Source: Eledone cirrhosa
Taxonomy: Eukaryota
Assembly: GCA_964016885.1 (NCBI GenBank)
Contig: OZ024761.1
Span: 20,150,001-20,214,000, forward strand
Reading direction: 5' to 3'
DNA length: 64,000 nt
The position numbers and the translations under genes are program-made. Shown piece after piece: positions 27,683-43,807 of this stretch; within the stretch, counting starts at the first letter, position 1, and the number at the start of each line of letters is the position of its first letter. Below the pieces are notes generated by a model, which saw only the letters and a program-made list of their open reading frames with translations, did not search any database and was not told the origin of the DNA.

Positions 27683-28702
27683 ATTTCTTTATTAGCCACA
27701 AGGGCGCACAAAAAAAGGGGACAAAACAAAGACACATGCCCGGGATTTTACATACAATCGTGTAAAAATATTGAAACAAACAAATTTAACAATCGAAATC
27801 CCCAATAGGGGGGAGGTGCCACAAAGGGGTTGTTTTATACCCCGTCGATAGAACAACCGTCAACTTCAGGAGCGTGTTGTGCAAGTGCTCCTTTCTTCCT
27901 TTTGCTCTCTTCTTCAACCTACAGGTTTATAAACAGAGAAGGCCCAATCACTCTGGCCATTTTTGCTACATTCACCCACCTTTCAGTAAATTTACTGGGG
28001 TGCAGTGCCTCTCTCTCCACTCTGATTCTCCTTCTAAAGTGGTACCTAAAGAAGGGAATGAGTTGTTGTCCGGAGAGAAAGGCATCTGTCCTCAGGCCTC
28101 TCAATCTCGTCCACCATATAACCTCTTTCACCATAGCCACTATACAGAGGAAAACCGCCTCTCTTTCGTTTTTTAAAGTAGTTGGCGGTTTGACCCTTAC
28201 TATGGACTCGGCAGTCAACTGGATTTGTTCTGCGTAGTTCCACAGGTCAGTTACAATTGCGTGCAAGACAGTTTCAATGTCCTGCCCGCATCTTGGACAC
28301 GTCCTCTTGGAAGGATCCCTGCCGGGGCGTCCGTGCCTGTAGATCTTGTCACGAACAGGTAGAGCTCCTCGGTAGCACTGCCAGGCCAAGGACCTCTGGA
28401 AGTTGTCCATAGGTCCCAGGCGGAAAGTCCTACCAAACAGGCTGGTGAGTTCGTCATCTTCGACGCCTAGAGTTTCTCCGAGCACGTCGTCGCCCTTGTG
28501 ACGTACTAACCCTGTATAGAATGTCGAAGTGGAGTCTCCACTGATTGCCGTGCCCACTTGACAGCGGACTGTGAGCGCCTGAGCGCATTCAATGTGCCAG
28601 GCGCCCATCGTTTTCGGTCTTTTCTTTACTCAAGACTGCAGCTCCGTCAGCGAGACGAGCTGCAGGAAAGCCTGTCTCACAAATGGTGCCCAAACCGGTT
28701 GG
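27683..28702 (-). mobile_element. 5'-truncated Tx1-type retrotransposon (subfamily B) in (GATA)n
   Basis: ORF 27919-28608 is homologous to the ORF2 C-terminus (AWQCYRGALPVRDK, CPRC..ETVLH); 3' end gcccttgtggctaataaagaaat. Confidence 0.93.
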
Positions 28703-28721
28703 GGGTCGATAGATAGAGAGC

Positions 28722-28783
<62 letters not shown>

Positions 28784-28784
28784 T

Positions 28785-28836
28785 GTTTCTTTATTAGCCA
28801 CAGGGGCAAAAAAGAAGGGGACAAATACAAAGGGGG
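28785..28836 (-). mobile_element. ~50-bp 3'-terminal stub of Tx1 subfamily B in (GATA)n
   Basis: gtttctttattagccacaggggcaaaaaagaaggggacaaatacaaaggggg, matching 56923-56975. Confidence 0.88.
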
Positions 28837-28858
28837 ATAGATAGATAGATAGATAGGT

Positions 28859-28931
<73 letters not shown>

Positions 28932-29039
28932 CAGGAGGAGTAGATAGAAACACTATACAATGAACCCAATTTCAATCTTGGGTAGACATAAGATATAGTG
29001 ACAGAGCAGGCAGACTAACACTTCTCTGACCATACCACT

Positions 29040-29240
29040 AGCTATCTAGCTATCTAGCTATCCAGCTATCTAGCTATCTGGCTATCTAGCTATATGGCTA
29101 TCTGGCTATCTAGCTATCCACCTAACTAGCGATCCAGCTATCTAGCTATCTAGATATCTAGCTATCTAGCTATCTAACTATCTAGCGATCTGGCAATCTA
29201 GCTATCTGGCTATCTAGCTATCCAGCAAGCTATCTAGCTA
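29040..29240. repeat. 8-bp tandem repeat (gctatcta)
   Basis: About 25 imperfect units. Confidence 0.9.
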
Positions 29241-29779
29241 CACGGAACTCTCTTGCAATCCCCCTCTCTATATCAATTAACTCCTAACTCTAACTACATA
29301 TATGTACTTATATTTAATCTTATATATTTGTTATATAATAATTACCAATTCTTAGATGTAGAAAGGACATTATGTTCCAAGATAAAATGACATTATCGAT
29401 ATTATTCAATTAATACCAGCTCTACCACCACCCCCAATAAATACATTCACCTCTAGTGCCGTCATTATTGATGGCACTGGTCCACTAGTATTATATATAT
29501 ATATATATATGAAATGAGAATATTTTTGCTGAAAAAGAGATAAACGTTATAAGAAATGGCAGCGAGATGTGGGAACGAGAATATTTCCTCGTCGTCTCAT
29601 TTCTCCAAAATTAAATCAATCTCATACGAGTTTCGGAATAAGATAGGATATACGTGATTTTACTTATAAAACCTATCAATTTTTGTGTGCGTGTATATAT
29701 ATATATAAGTGTGTACACAATACATATATATATATATATATATATGCATATATATAGAGAGAGATTCCAACAGCCGGCC

Positions 29780-31322
<1,543 letters not shown>

Positions 31323-31823
31323 TCCAACAGCCGACACATCGTCCTGTTGGGATGGAAAGCGAACGAATTAGTTTTAGGATTTCTCTGTTTCTCTGAATAA
31401 TCTTGGTAAGTAGTTGAAAGTTATGCAAACGCCGTGGAGAGAGAATTCGTTGCTGGTTGTCCAAGATGATTCCCTTCTCGTTTATAATTCTATTGATATC
31501 GTCTTGTGAATATATCACAACTTATTCCAGTCGTTGCAAACTACTGCAGATTTTCATAACAAGTCTTTCATGTCAGCTGTCACCAATGTTATAATCCCTG
31601 TCGAACAATGAAGATAAAAAAAAGAAAGAAAAGAGAAAAATATACAGCAATAAAAATAATAATAATAAAGAGTATAAACGAAAAAAACAACAACTTTCTC
31701 ATCAGTTGTCTGTCTCCACGAACGTGTCGTAATATCGAATTCTCGTTGATACACGTTGTCTTCTAAGACATATCGCTTTTTTATTATTCATAGAATATAT
31801 TATATATATATCTATATCGCACA

Positions 31824-31865
<42 letters not shown>

Positions 31866-31963
31866 ATGTGTGTGTGTAAAAGGTAAAGAGAAATAACAAC
31901 ACAATCGGTACAGTATATGGAAGGTATATATTAGGTTAACGCTTGATATAGCAGGAAGGGGGG

Positions 31964-31999
31964 TCTTAACGTTTCGGACGCTAGTCCTTCATCAGAAGA
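31964..31999 (-). ncRNA. Minimal type I hammerhead ribozyme (Penelope-type), intact
   Basis: Reverse complement: tctt CTGATGA a ggac tagc gtcc GAAAC GTT aaga. Perfect stems I and II; palindromic AACGTT. Confidence 0.85.
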
Positions 32000-32119
32000 A
32001 AGAATGAGAAATAAAATAGATTGAGGGGACGGGCGGGATGGAATTGGAAAAAATGTCTTTAGATAAAAATAACAGGTCCATTCATGTTGACATCTCTTGC
32101 AAAACTGTTGGTGCTGGCG

Positions 32120-32177
<58 letters not shown>

Positions 32178-32334
32178 GAGAATTTAAATCCACTTGTTGA
32201 CATGGAGGCCAAAGTGAGTTATCTATTTAACTACCTATGGAACTGTTCTGCAGCAGCTAAGATGACGGGTGGAAAGAAGCCTTGGAACATATCATGTTGA
32301 CTCTTTCATAGGCAGCAGTACCCATGTGGAAACT

Positions 32335-32515
32335 ACCAAACTCTCCCCTCTCTGTATCTACCATACAACAGTCTCTCCCAATCCCCCTTTCTATATCAAT
32401 TACCACCAAACTATCCCTCTCTCTCTACAACACTCTCTCTCATTTCCTCTCACTCTATCCATCACTACCAAACTCTCCCCCTCTCTACATCTACCATACA
32501 ACTCTTTCTCCCTAT
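32335..32515. repeat. CT-rich ~60-bp dispersed minisatellite (ccaaactctcccctctctatatctaccatacaac)
   Basis: Same family, in reverse, at 38200-38285, 44010-44415 and 53415-53915, flanking the Tx1 subfamily A copies. Confidence 0.8.
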
Positions 32516-32652
32516 AGATGCGTGTTTTGATACATTTTTTGAGGGGGGTGGGGGGATATAATCATTGGGGGGGGAGGGGGTAATGCCAACAACAACAACA
32601 ACAACAACAAAGGAAGTGTGTGTTTATTTCATATTTAACAACCGTACAGAAG

Positions 32653-32683
<31 letters not shown>

Positions 32684-32684
32684 T

Positions 32685-32715
<31 letters not shown>

Positions 32716-32743
32716 GCAACAACAGCAACAACAGCAACAACTC

Positions 32744-32981
32744 TTAAACGAAAACTTGGTGGTGATATACGGCAAAAGGGTGTTGCATCCATGATAGTCC
32801 ACACAGTACCAGATCTCGTACTTTCTTGCCGAGACGAAGTTTGTCGTAGATCATACAATGATGGCAGCAACTCAAGCCGTGGACAGCACGGAACACATTG
32901 TCCACTTCTTCAAATGTTAGTCTGTTTCGATCGAATTTCCACGCTGGTTCCAATAGAGTTAACTCTGAACAGTTCTTATCA
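32744..32981 (-). CDS. Probable terminal coding exon of unidentified gene 1 (DKNCSELTLLEPAWKFDRNRLTFEEVDNVFRAVHGLSCCHHCMIYDKLRLGKKVRDLVLCGLSWMQHPFAVYHHQVFV*)
   Basis: Strong acceptor tatttcttcctcttcag|; complex 78-codon frame to TAA; phase 2 matches the exon at 36645-36804. Confidence 0.6.
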
Positions 32982-33628
32982 CTGAAGAGGAAGAAATACA
33001 ACGAAGAGTGAATGAAGTGAAATAAAAAATACAAAATAGTATTAATGATAATTGTTTCTACTTTTGGCACAAGGCCAGCAATTACTCCCAGTACATTACT
33101 GGTACTTCATTTTATCGACCCCCGTAAGGATGAAAGGCAAAGTGAACCTCGGCGGGATTTGAACTCAGAATGGCAAGGGCCGTAACTCTATGTGTCAAAG
33201 CATGGCGTCCATGATAATTGTTTCTACTTTAGGCACAAGGCCAGCAATTACCCAGTGCATTACTGGTACTTTATTTTACCGACCCCGTAAGGATGAAGTC
33301 CATGATAATAATTAGTTACAAGGCCAAGAATTTTTTGAGAGGGGAAAGTTGATTAAATCGACACCAGTGCGTTACTGGTACTTTATTTTATCGACTCCTT
33401 AAAGATGAAAGGCAAAGTTGACCTCGCCTGGATTTGAACACACAGAGCCGAGAGAGCTTCTTCTTCTTCTTCTTCTTCTTCTCCTCCTCCTCCCCCTCCC
33501 TAATGACATACAACGAGTCTTGGCCCTTTTAAACACGGTGGCGCTCCTCTCCAAGAAGCCATTATTGATAGTTAAATCAAGAAAAATTATGACACACACA
33601 CACATATATATACAAACATATACATACA

Positions 33629-33707
<79 letters not shown>

Positions 33708-33775
33708 GTATATACATATATATATATATATATATAAACGTATATACATACATATATATATATATATAAACGTAT

Positions 33776-33834
<59 letters not shown>

Positions 33835-34614
33835 CATATATATATATAAACGTATATACATACATATATATAAACGTATATACATACATATATATATATA
33901 TATACATACAGGTGACTGTCTTTTAACAATTCAATTCACACAACCAAGTCACATGCATTGCCGGAGGTAGTTTTAGACGGCCATTGACAAACTTTCACTC
34001 ACGTGATTTGCTGAAAATTCAGGGCTAGAATCCCAAATTGTTTAGACTGACTGCCCCAAGCTTTATAGTGTTTTCGAGCAAATCTGGATGTTTTTACGGG
34101 TTAGAACACCTTAGCCTTAGTCCAATGAGACTGCTGCTTGTCTGGGTTGGGGAAAAGACAAAAAATGTATTCAAATCATTCGTGTTTTTTAGGTGAGTTT
34201 GTATGGCGTAGGGTGAAGGCTAATCACGTGTCTGTGGGCTGCCTCTTTACATGGGATATGAGCATATATATATATATATACACACAAACACACACACACA
34301 TACATATATTTACTCTTTTACCTGTCCCAGCCATCCGGCTGAGGCCATGCTGAGGCACCGCCCTTGATATATATATATATATAATATAATATAAGTTAAA
34401 ACAATGAAATAAAAAATCAAGTCATTAGAGATATACTTCACTGCTTTACGATCGTTTCTAGATGATGATAATACATTGTAGCTATACTCCGTTATTGATC
34501 TATGTAAGGTTAGTTACAAAATATCAGTAATAGTAATAATAATAAATTGGAAGACTAAAATCCAAAGAGGGCTCGATAAGGATAAATATATATCAAATAT
34601 ATAAGAACCGTAGA

Positions 34615-34679
<65 letters not shown>

Positions 34680-35551
34680 AACGTTCATACATATACACAC
34701 AGACACACATATAGTATATACGTATAGATATAAATAGTATGTGTATATATATTTACAAACACACACACATATAGATAGATAGATAGACAGAGAGAGGGAG
34801 GGAGTTATATTGCATAAATAAGTTTCTTTGCACTGAAATAACACTGGCCAACAACAATATTTGCCAAGTGTTTTTATAAGTGTTCCAAGTGTAGTTTTTG
34901 TACGTTCAATCTAAATATGAAATCAAATATTTCCCACTGGGCTTCGTTTTATTGTGGCGTTCTCTACATCTTTTCTTCATCTACCACAATCAAATGAAAA
35001 CAATTAATGATAAGTATGAAGGTATGTGTGTATGGTGGTCCCTTAACTCCTGATGGTGTTGTAGGGGCGCCATATTGAAATACAGCGTTTCTTCGGCATT
35101 TTTTAAAACCTTGTGGAGTCCACTTCGTCTGCATGTCTGAACACAGCAGATTTATTCCAGAGAAGGAGAAAGAGAGAAGGAGAGAGAGAGAGAGAGAAGG
35201 GGGGGGGGGGGAGTCGAATCAACCTACAGTACCAGACTTCGGTGGTATTTGAACTCAGAGTGTAGAGAGCGGGAATGAATACAGCAAAGCTTTCTATCTA
35301 GCCAATTTGCCGCCCTCCCCCAACAAGTATATATTATACTAATTACGTAAACTATAATTAAAGATTTTAATGATATCAATGTATATGTTGTTTTGATTTT
35401 TTAATGTAAAATTAATCCAATTTATTCCTTCGGGAAGAAAGTTCAGAAAAAGCTGTCAGGTTAAATTTGTTCAAGAAAGCTGACTCTGAACGTTGTGTCT
35501 GTGAATAGAGCACTTCTAGCCTGTCTGTTTGTAAATGTCCCAGTGATTTCT

Positions 35552-36105
35552 ATTTATTTATTAGATCACCCCAATCAAGGCAATAAAGCCACTAAAATGA
35601 AAGGGATTACTGAGCAGAGAATAGGACAAGACAGGCAGAACATAATTCAAGGATAGAGAAGATAGCGATTGATGTCGCCTTTGAATCGTTTGCAAGCCGA
35701 AGTGGTTAGGAAAGCAAGAATCCGGAAGAGAATTCCACAGGCGAGATGAGTGAAAGAAGAAACTATCAGAATAGAATTTGCGATTAAATTTAGGAACGTC
35801 AACTGTAAATGAACGAGACCTTGCCCCCAATCAGGTGCCTCGTTTAAACTTATGAAGACGAGGCAACAAAGAGGAAAGCTCGTCAGAACAATTCCCATGA
35901 AAAAATATATTTAAGAATTAAAATAAAAAAGCAGAAAGGAGCAGCATTTCGACGATGTGGTAGGAATTGAAGCCGACAGGATGAAGGTAAGACAATAATG
36001 TTGACGATTCTTTTCTAGATTTTATCTAAACTCTCAAGATGCACCAGACCAGATGTGACAACAGTACTCAATACAGTTGATGTGTGCTATTCCTTGTACA
36101 ATCTT
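35552..36105 (-). mobile_element. CR1/Jockey-group LINE 3' remnant with (TAAA)n tail
   Basis: EYCCHIWSGA, HRRNAA, FHGNCSDELSSL, SFFFHSSRLWNSLPDSCFP, FKGDINRYL across frameshifts. Confidence 0.85.
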
Positions 36106-36250
36106 TGCCGTGTCGTGGAACTGATGGAACTATCCTAATTGTTCTCGAATCTTCCTTAAACCTATGTTATATTTTAACTTAAAATTCGCCTAAAATTTAT
36201 ATCATGTTATATAAATTATACTAGTTCCGCCTTATTTTTTTACTTTATGA

Positions 36251-36366
36251 AGGCGCGTGGCTGAGTGGTCAGCGAGTTGGATTCGCAATTGTAAGGTTGC
36301 GAGTTCAATTCTCGGACCGGGTGATGCGTTGTGTCCTTGAGCAAGACACTTTATTTCACGTTGCTC
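36251..36366 (+). mobile_element. tRNA-derived SINE head (family A)
   Basis: A-box tggctgagtgg, B-box gagttcaattc, then gtgtccttgagcaagacacttt. Confidence 0.85.
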
Positions 36367-36644
36367 TTTATGCTAGGAGTTGCAACTGGTAGATAGTATA
36401 AGCAATATATTTATCATACATATATATATATACATAAATATATATACACACACTATATATATATATACACTAGTCGGTGATGGTGCTATCACAGTCAGAA
36501 GTAGTTGGTCAAGTGTATTATGGAGTGGCATGCAGCAACATCAGCAGCAGAAGCCACCACGATGACGGCGGCGGCGACGGTGTTATTGACAAAACTGCAG
36601 TCGTCCAACTGAAGTGAATGGATTGGACTAAAATCAATTCTCAC

Positions 36645-36804
36645 AGTATCCAGTACGTCTCCAGTGCTGTGACACAGATATGTCTAATATCCATTGTCAC
36701 CGGTTGAATGGAATGGCCGAGTTGCCAGCGTCTCAATAATAACCTTTTCATTGTTCCGCTTCTCCAATAAGGCTCTCTAATACGTAATAGTAATGGTTCT
36801 AGTT
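36645..36804 (-). CDS. Probable internal exon of unidentified gene 1 (ELEPLLLRIREPYWRSGTMKRLLLRRWQLGHSIQPVTMDIRHICVTALETYWIL)
   Basis: ttaatactag| ... gatact|gtgaga; 160 nt, phase 1 to phase 2, open frame. Confidence 0.5.
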
Positions 36805-36870
36805 CTAGTATTAATATATAGAAAGTAAATGTTGAAATACTATCATTCCTGCATCCCTCCAGCCGTCTCG

Positions 36871-36902
<32 letters not shown>

Positions 36903-36939
36903 GTATATCTCTCCTCTCTGTCTATCTATATATCTCTCT

Positions 36940-37004
36940 ATGTAAAATCCCCGGCATGTCTTTGTATTGTCTTCTTTTCTTGTGCGCCCTTGTGGCTAAT
37001 AAAG

Positions 37005-37008
<4 letters not shown>
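36940..37008 (+). mobile_element. 3'-terminal stub of Tx1 subfamily B in (TC)n/(TCTA)n
   Basis: atgtaaaatccccggcatgtctttgt...gcgcccttgtggctaataaagaaat matches the reverse complement of 27683-27752. Confidence 0.88.
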
Positions 37009-37082
<74 letters not shown>

Positions 37083-37532
37083 CTATCCATCTACATATAT
37101 CTAGCTGTCTGTCTAATCATTGCCTGTCTATCTCTCTCTCTATATATATATCGATATATCCCCCCATATATCCACTTAGCAAGGTGGTATAATAGTGCAA
37201 TGGCGTACCAAGAGTTGGTCTATTGCAATAACTCACAGATGCAGAATGGCGAACAACGTGTTTCGGCACGCATGCGCGTTACACTGCGTCTACATTGTCT
37301 AATTCTTCTTCGTATTTATCGATCCGAACCAAGTAGAAAAGGTGACATTGATTATTATTTTTGTGATTGATATTGGTTATTTGCATAACAGCCTATAACA
37401 TGCAGCCTCTCTCCGAATTTCTGTTCGTGACAAACAATTCTTTCGAGAGTTCTATATATTCTTACTTTTTCTTTTTCTTGACATGTATACACACATTATA
37501 TATATATATAGGGGGGGGGGGGTTTATAGCTA

Positions 37533-37641
<109 letters not shown>

Positions 37642-37736
37642 GTATATATATATATATATATAAATGTATATATATATATATATATATATAAATGTATATA
37701 TATATATATATATAAATGTATTTTATATATATATAA

Positions 37737-37783
<47 letters not shown>

Positions 37784-38512
37784 TTGTTAAAGTGATTAAG
37801 TTGTTGGAGCAACTTGGCAGATTGTTACGTGTGCAATCTCTCTGGTTTTGTTTGTTGTTGTTGTTGTTGTTTTAAAGCTTCTTACAAACGCTGCCACCAT
37901 TTTCTCTTCATTTATAACTTCTTTATCCAGTTACACACCAAATATATAGTGTATGTGTGTGTGTGTGTGTGTATGCGTATGTATATGTGTATGTACATGT
38001 GTGCATGTATTGTATGTGTGTTTATATGCATGTATGTATATATGCATGTATGTATGTATATACAGGGGCGGTGGAACTGAGGGGGCCGGGGAGGCCATGG
38101 TCCCTCCATTAATTATATCCCCCCCAAAAAAACTACCAAAACATACATCTATTGGTATCTGCGCTACAATTTATGTACATGTTATGTAGAGACAGCTGGG
38201 CGAGATAGATATAGAGAGGGGGAGAGTTTGGTGGTAGTTGATATAGAGAGGAAGGTTAGGGAGAGAGTGTTGTATATTAGATATATATTTCTATTTATTT
38301 GCCACCAGGGCATCAAAGATTGGGACAAATACAAAGGGGGGAGTTTACATACATTTAAAAAGACGTGTAAAAAACATATAACAAATTAAATTTAACAATC
38401 GATGTCCTCAATAGGGAAGGGCGTTGACATGGGTCGCACACACCCCCGAAAAAATGTGCAACTCTCAAAGAGCGGGTGCTTCCTACCTCTTCACATTCTT
38501 CTCCTCTCTCAC

Positions 38513-41500
38513 CTACAGGCTGATATAGAGAGAAGGCCCATTCACTCGGGCCATTCTCGCTACTTTCACCCATCTTTCATAAAACTTGCTGGGGTAGAGC
38601 ACCTCTCTCTCCATTCTGATCCTTCTTCTAAAGTGGTACTTGAAAAAAAAGACCAGTTGTTGGCCGGAGAGAAAGGTGTCTGACCTCATCCCTTTCAACC
38701 TTGTCCACCATACAACCTCTTTCGCCATGGCTATCACACAGAGAAAAACCGCCTCTCCTTCGTTTTTGAAAGGGGGAGGCGGTTTGATCGTGACAATGTT
38801 CTCGGTGGTCAACCGGATTGGTCCCACCCGCGACAGTAGTCGTTCTACATAGCCCCACAGGTCAGCAACGCCCGGGCAGTGTACGAATGCGTGTGCGACG
38901 GTTTCCTCGTCACGCACGCATCTTGGACAGATCTTCTTCGAGGGGTCCCTACCCGGGCGCCCGTGTCTGTAGAGCTTGTCCCGAACGGGTAGAGCTCCTC
39001 GGTAACATTGCTAAGCCAGGGACTTTTGGAAGTTGTCCATCGGTCCCGGGCCAAACGTCCTACCGAACAGACTGGCCAGCTCGTCTTCCTCCATGCCCAG
39101 AGCCTCTCCGAGAGCATCGTCGCACTTACTGCGCACCAACCCTCTATAGAATGTTGAGGTTGAGTCTCCACTGATTGCCGGATCCGCTTGCCAGAGGGCC
39201 GTGAGCGCCTGGGCACATTCAATGTGCCAGTCGCCCACTTTTCTCGGTCTTTGCTTGACCCAGGATTGCAGCTCGGTGAGTGAGACGAGTCTCGGAAAGG
39301 CTCGCCTCACAAACAGGGCCCACACCGGCTGACCGGTGAGGAATACCTGGAGGTGCCGTAGCCTTAATGCGTGTCTACGCAACGTCAGCCACGGCAACCC
39401 CAGCCACGGCAACCCCAGCCCTCCGTTCGAAGGGTGTTGACAGCAGATGGATCTTCTCACCAGAGGAGCCTGCTTCTTTCAAAGAAATCGGAAGAGCGCG
39501 CGCTCCATTTTGGTGAGTGTTTTCTCTGGGCAAGGCACGACGGTCAAGCGGTAGTAGATGACGGACGCTATGTAAGCGTTCGCCACCTCCGCTCGACCTT
39601 TCAGGGATAGTTTGCACTCGGTCCACTTCTGGGCGTGTGCAAACACCTTGCCCGTTACCTCGTCCCAGTTTTTCTCCACCTGGAGGTCCGGTCCGAACCA
39701 GACCCCGAGCAGCTTCACCGGTCCCTCCGTCCAGCGTCCGACGATGCCGTCGGAGGGCATCGTTTTGCCCCTCCACGTCTCGAGTTGCAAACCGACGGAC
39801 TTGTCCCGGTTCAGCTTGGCTCCTGTGAACCTTTCATATTCCTCCAGTAAGGTGCCGATCTGCCCGATTTCCGAGGCGCACGACACCATTACTGTCACGT
39901 CATCGGCGTAGGCCGACACCGCTTTGCGCAATCCCGGTTCCAAGGGGATGCCCTGCAACAGCTCCAGCTTCCGCAGTAGTGGCTCGAGAGCCAGCACATA
40001 CAGGAGGGAGGAGAGAGGGCATCCTTGTCGAATGGATCGCGTGATTTGGAACGGCTCCGAGAGGTAGCCGTTCACCTTGACCCTCGAGCAGGTGTTGCTG
40101 CTGTGCATTGCAGCAATCCAGCCCCTGAAAACGGGTCCGAAGCCTGCCGCCGCGAGCACCGCATCCAGGTACCGATGGTCAACCCTATCGAACGCCTTAG
40201 ATTGATCCAAGTTGATCAGGGGCCCCACCAAAGCTGGGTTCGTTCCCTACCCTCTCTACGATGTATCGCATAAGGTGGAGGTTGTCGTGTATGGAACTGG
40301 ACGGGATTGCGCATGTCTGCGCTTCTCCCACCAGGTTCCCGACGACAAGCGCCAACCTCTTCGCTAACACCTTGGCCAAAATCTTTAACTCTGTGTTTAG
40401 CAGAGTTATGGGCCTGAAGTTATCTATGTCATCCCCCTTGTTCTCGTCCTTCCTCACCAGCGTGACTACGCCCTTGGTCACAGAACTAGGAATTCTCCCG
40501 TTCTGTTGCCAGTTGCAGTAGACCGCCTCGAGGAGACCGGAGAACAAGCCCGGCATCGCTACATAAAGTTCGTATGGTAGACCATCGAGACCCGGAGATT
40601 TGCGTTTGCCGCATTGGCTCAGCGCTTCCCCTATTTCAGCGGCTGAAATCGGCCTCTCGCAGGACTTCGCCTCCCCCTCCGAGAGCCGCGCCAGACCGTC
40701 GAGGTATGGACCGAAATCCCCCCCCCCCCGAACAGTCGTGCAAAGCGCCGTTGAAAGGCCGCGCTCATCCGCTCAGGTTCAAGGATCACGCGTCCATCCT
40801 GGTCCTTCAAAGACCGAATCGTGGACTTGTTTCCACTTTTTGCCTCTGTCACTCGGGCCCAGCTAACAGCTTTGGCTCCCTCGTTACCCAGAGCACGTAT
40901 TTTACTCCTGACAACGCAGCCCTCGTGCTTCGCATCAAAGAACTGGTCTAGGGCCGTTCTTGGCGCCAGCACGCCGGCCACGTTGCCACTCCTAATCGCC
41001 TCTTCTACTCTATTTGTTAATTCCCTTTCAGTTCTATTCCTATCTGATGCTAATTCCCGACTAAAACCTATCGATTCTATTCTAATTTCTCTCTTGAGAG
41101 AGCCCCACCACCTGCTGTTGACAATTGCCCCCGGCAAATGCTGCTTAACTAGTGTGCTAATCCGCTTACTGTAAGCTTTGTTTGTCGGTAAAGACAAGTT
41201 TAGCTTCCAGTAACCGGGTCCCTGTCTATGAGTTCTATCAAGGTTGACCACCCCGGTCACCAACTTGTGATCCGAATAGTCAACCATGAACATTTGTGGA
41301 CAGCTTAATATGTCCCTATCCTTATTTCTAACTAGGAACCTATCTAGGTACGACCTAGATGTTCCGCTGCGATTACTCCACGTCCACCGTGGCACAGTCG
41401 GAAAATCTAGTTGATATCTATCGGCCAGATCAAATCGGCCGTTTAATCGTTTGAGGCTGTTACACCCCCCTCTATCGGGACATGCCCCTACATAGTCCCA

Positions 41501-41947
41501 ACGTGCATCCAGGATACCATTCCAGTCCCCCACTAAAAGCAAGGAGCGAGACGTTCCCAGGAAATTCTCCAGGCGTCGGAAGAAGTCCGGTCGCGGTGTC
41601 CCAGATGGGGCATACGCTGCCACCAGCCTGAAAGCTCCACCTTCACCATTGCCGACATCTAAAACCACCAGTCGACCCTCCGGGTCCAGGTGTACCTTCT
41701 GTGTGGCAAGACCCAGGTATTTTCGCAGCAGAACGACAACCCCACCCCCACCCCTCGGCTGACAGAGAGATGCGTAGATCTCAAAGTCGTCGAAGATGGG
41801 GGCCAGTTGGCGCTCGCTGCTGATCCTGGACTCGCAAATAACCATTACATCCACTCTATGCGACCTGAGGTCATTTAAGAGTTTGCCCTGTTTCCAGGAC
41901 ATCCCCAGGCCGCGTGCATTCACACATCCAACTCTTATATTGGCCAT
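38513..41947 (-). pseudogene. Tx1 ORF2 (AP endonuclease, reverse transcriptase, C-terminal zinc finger), interrupted
   Basis: NARGL, GDWN, YLDRF, SDHK; NFRPITLLNTELKILAK, LDQSKAFDRVDH, RQGCPLS, AYADDV, GGLGLP, CPRC..ET..H..HC. Split over ORFs 40631-41947, 40197-40556, 39479-40231, 39011-39460 and 38513-38917. Confidence 0.93.
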
Positions 41948-41989
41948 GTTGGTGCTGAAGAGTTAAAAAGGAAGAGGAAAGGAAATTAC

Positions 41990-42694
41990 TTACCTCTTCG
42001 TCTCCTGGGGACCAGGCTGCACAATTTCCATGGGGGTGTTGGAAGGGTTGTTTGGTGGGGTGGTGGTTTGTGGTGGGGTGAGGACATCAGTGTGTGGTGG
42101 GATTAGGGTGTTTGGTGGGGTGTGGGTGTCAGGTGTGGGGGTGGGGAAACATCTCAATAGGACGTGGTTAAGTGGTTTGGTGCAGTTGGTCCCCACATGC
42201 ATTGGATGGTTCTTTTTCAAAGTTACATAGGTTTCCGTTGGGACCCTAATCATCATTAGGTGCGGTTTGTTCGCTGCGTAGGTGAAAGTGATTCCTTCGG
42301 TTTCCACCGAAGGGTTATTTTCTATTGCTTTCATCAAAGTTTTATTGTTCTTGTTAATGTATGTATAGAGTTTTTGTTGTGTTTGTTTTTGTTTGTTGTT
42401 CTTGTGCGTGTTTGCGTTTTGTAGTATGTGTTATGTTTTGGGGAGGGGTGGGTTTTTTTGTTTGTGATGTTTGTGATGTTTGTGCTGGTGGTTGTGTGTT
42501 TGTAGCATTTTTGTTAATGTGGTGCCTTTTTTTTTCCTTTTCACCTGTTGAAAGGGTTCTCCCTCGTCGTCACTGGGTGACGTTGATACGGAGTCCTCTT
42601 CCGTGTTGTTGGGGAGGGGTATATTTTGGGGTTTTGTTGTGGTTGCTTTTGTATTTGTTTTAGGTGGGGAGGGGTTGGGTGGAACAGTGTTTTG

Positions 42695-42727
<33 letters not shown>

Positions 42728-43807
42728 GGTGGTGGTGGTGGTGGTGGTGGTGGTGGTGGTGGTTGTGTTCGGGGTTGGCAGAAGAGGCTTTTTTTTTTTA
42801 CTCGTTAATTGAGGACAGGCAGCCCTCAGGTGACCCCTGCTTAAGCAGTGGTAACATGACGGCCGCCTTCCCTCCACTGAAATGTTTATATAAGTTAGCC
42901 CGTCCAGAGGCAGGCGTTGTGGGATATTCGCTATTCGTTCTGGGTTCATTTGTACCAGAACTTCTACGCTGGTCCCACCAAATACACCTCCGGAGGACTT
43001 TCCTATTGAAATTATCTTGTCTTCGTCAAAGTCAATGATTCCACATAGTATCCACCAAATATTTACATTTGGTGTGATACTCATAATTTTTATTCTTTGT
43101 GTCCTTTTTCTCCTGTATGTGGGGAAAAAGGTGGGGTGGGGGGGTGGGGGGGGGGGCACACAATGGGTGATACATAGTATTTTTGTGCTGTTGGCTGGTT
43201 ATTCATTAGAACCGAAATGCTACCAAACAGTTTTATTTTTGGATGAAGGTTATGTCCTTCATTGCATCTTTTAGAACCAGCTCAATTTCATTTTGTGATA
43301 ATTGAGCTGGTTTTCTTGTTTCGTTCGATATTGTCCTGAAAACCACAGTTTTCAGGACAGCCTCTCTACGTAATTCCTGTGGAGAATTGATGCTAAAAGC
43401 ACCGTTTTCGCCAAAAGTCACGAATTGTTTTGCGTCTTGTAGTAGTTGTTTAGCATTTGTTATGTCAATTGGCGTGTATAGTTCGTTTTTTTTACAGTCT
43501 GTGCGAACGTTATTTTGGTGTTGTTGTCTTTTTTGTTGCTGCTGTTGTTGTCACTGTTGGTAATATTGTTCATGTTTTCCTTGGTGTTGTTATTGTTGCA
43601 GTTGTTGGTTGTGGTGTTATTGTCATTGTTCTTGTTGTTGGTGCTAGTATTATTTACCGGGTTTGGTTTCGTGGTTTCAATATTTTCAACGTTTTTCGAT
43701 AATGCGAGGGGGGAAGGCTGCAAGCTTTGTACTCCTACCTTCCCTCCACCACTTTTCTTAGTGGGCGTGGCACTTACGACAGTGTGCGAGGTTGAAATGG
43801 CATCCAT
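41990..43807 (-). pseudogene. Tx1 ORF1 (gag-like, zinc knuckle), frameshifted
   Basis: CYHCLSRGHLRAACP (CX2CX4HX4C) in 42431-43159; N-terminal TFAQTVK; lies directly upstream of ORF2. Confidence 0.8.

Noticed and set aside
36251-36325. tRNA gene
   Set aside because: A and B boxes are present, but there is no complete cloverleaf and it continues into a SINE body.
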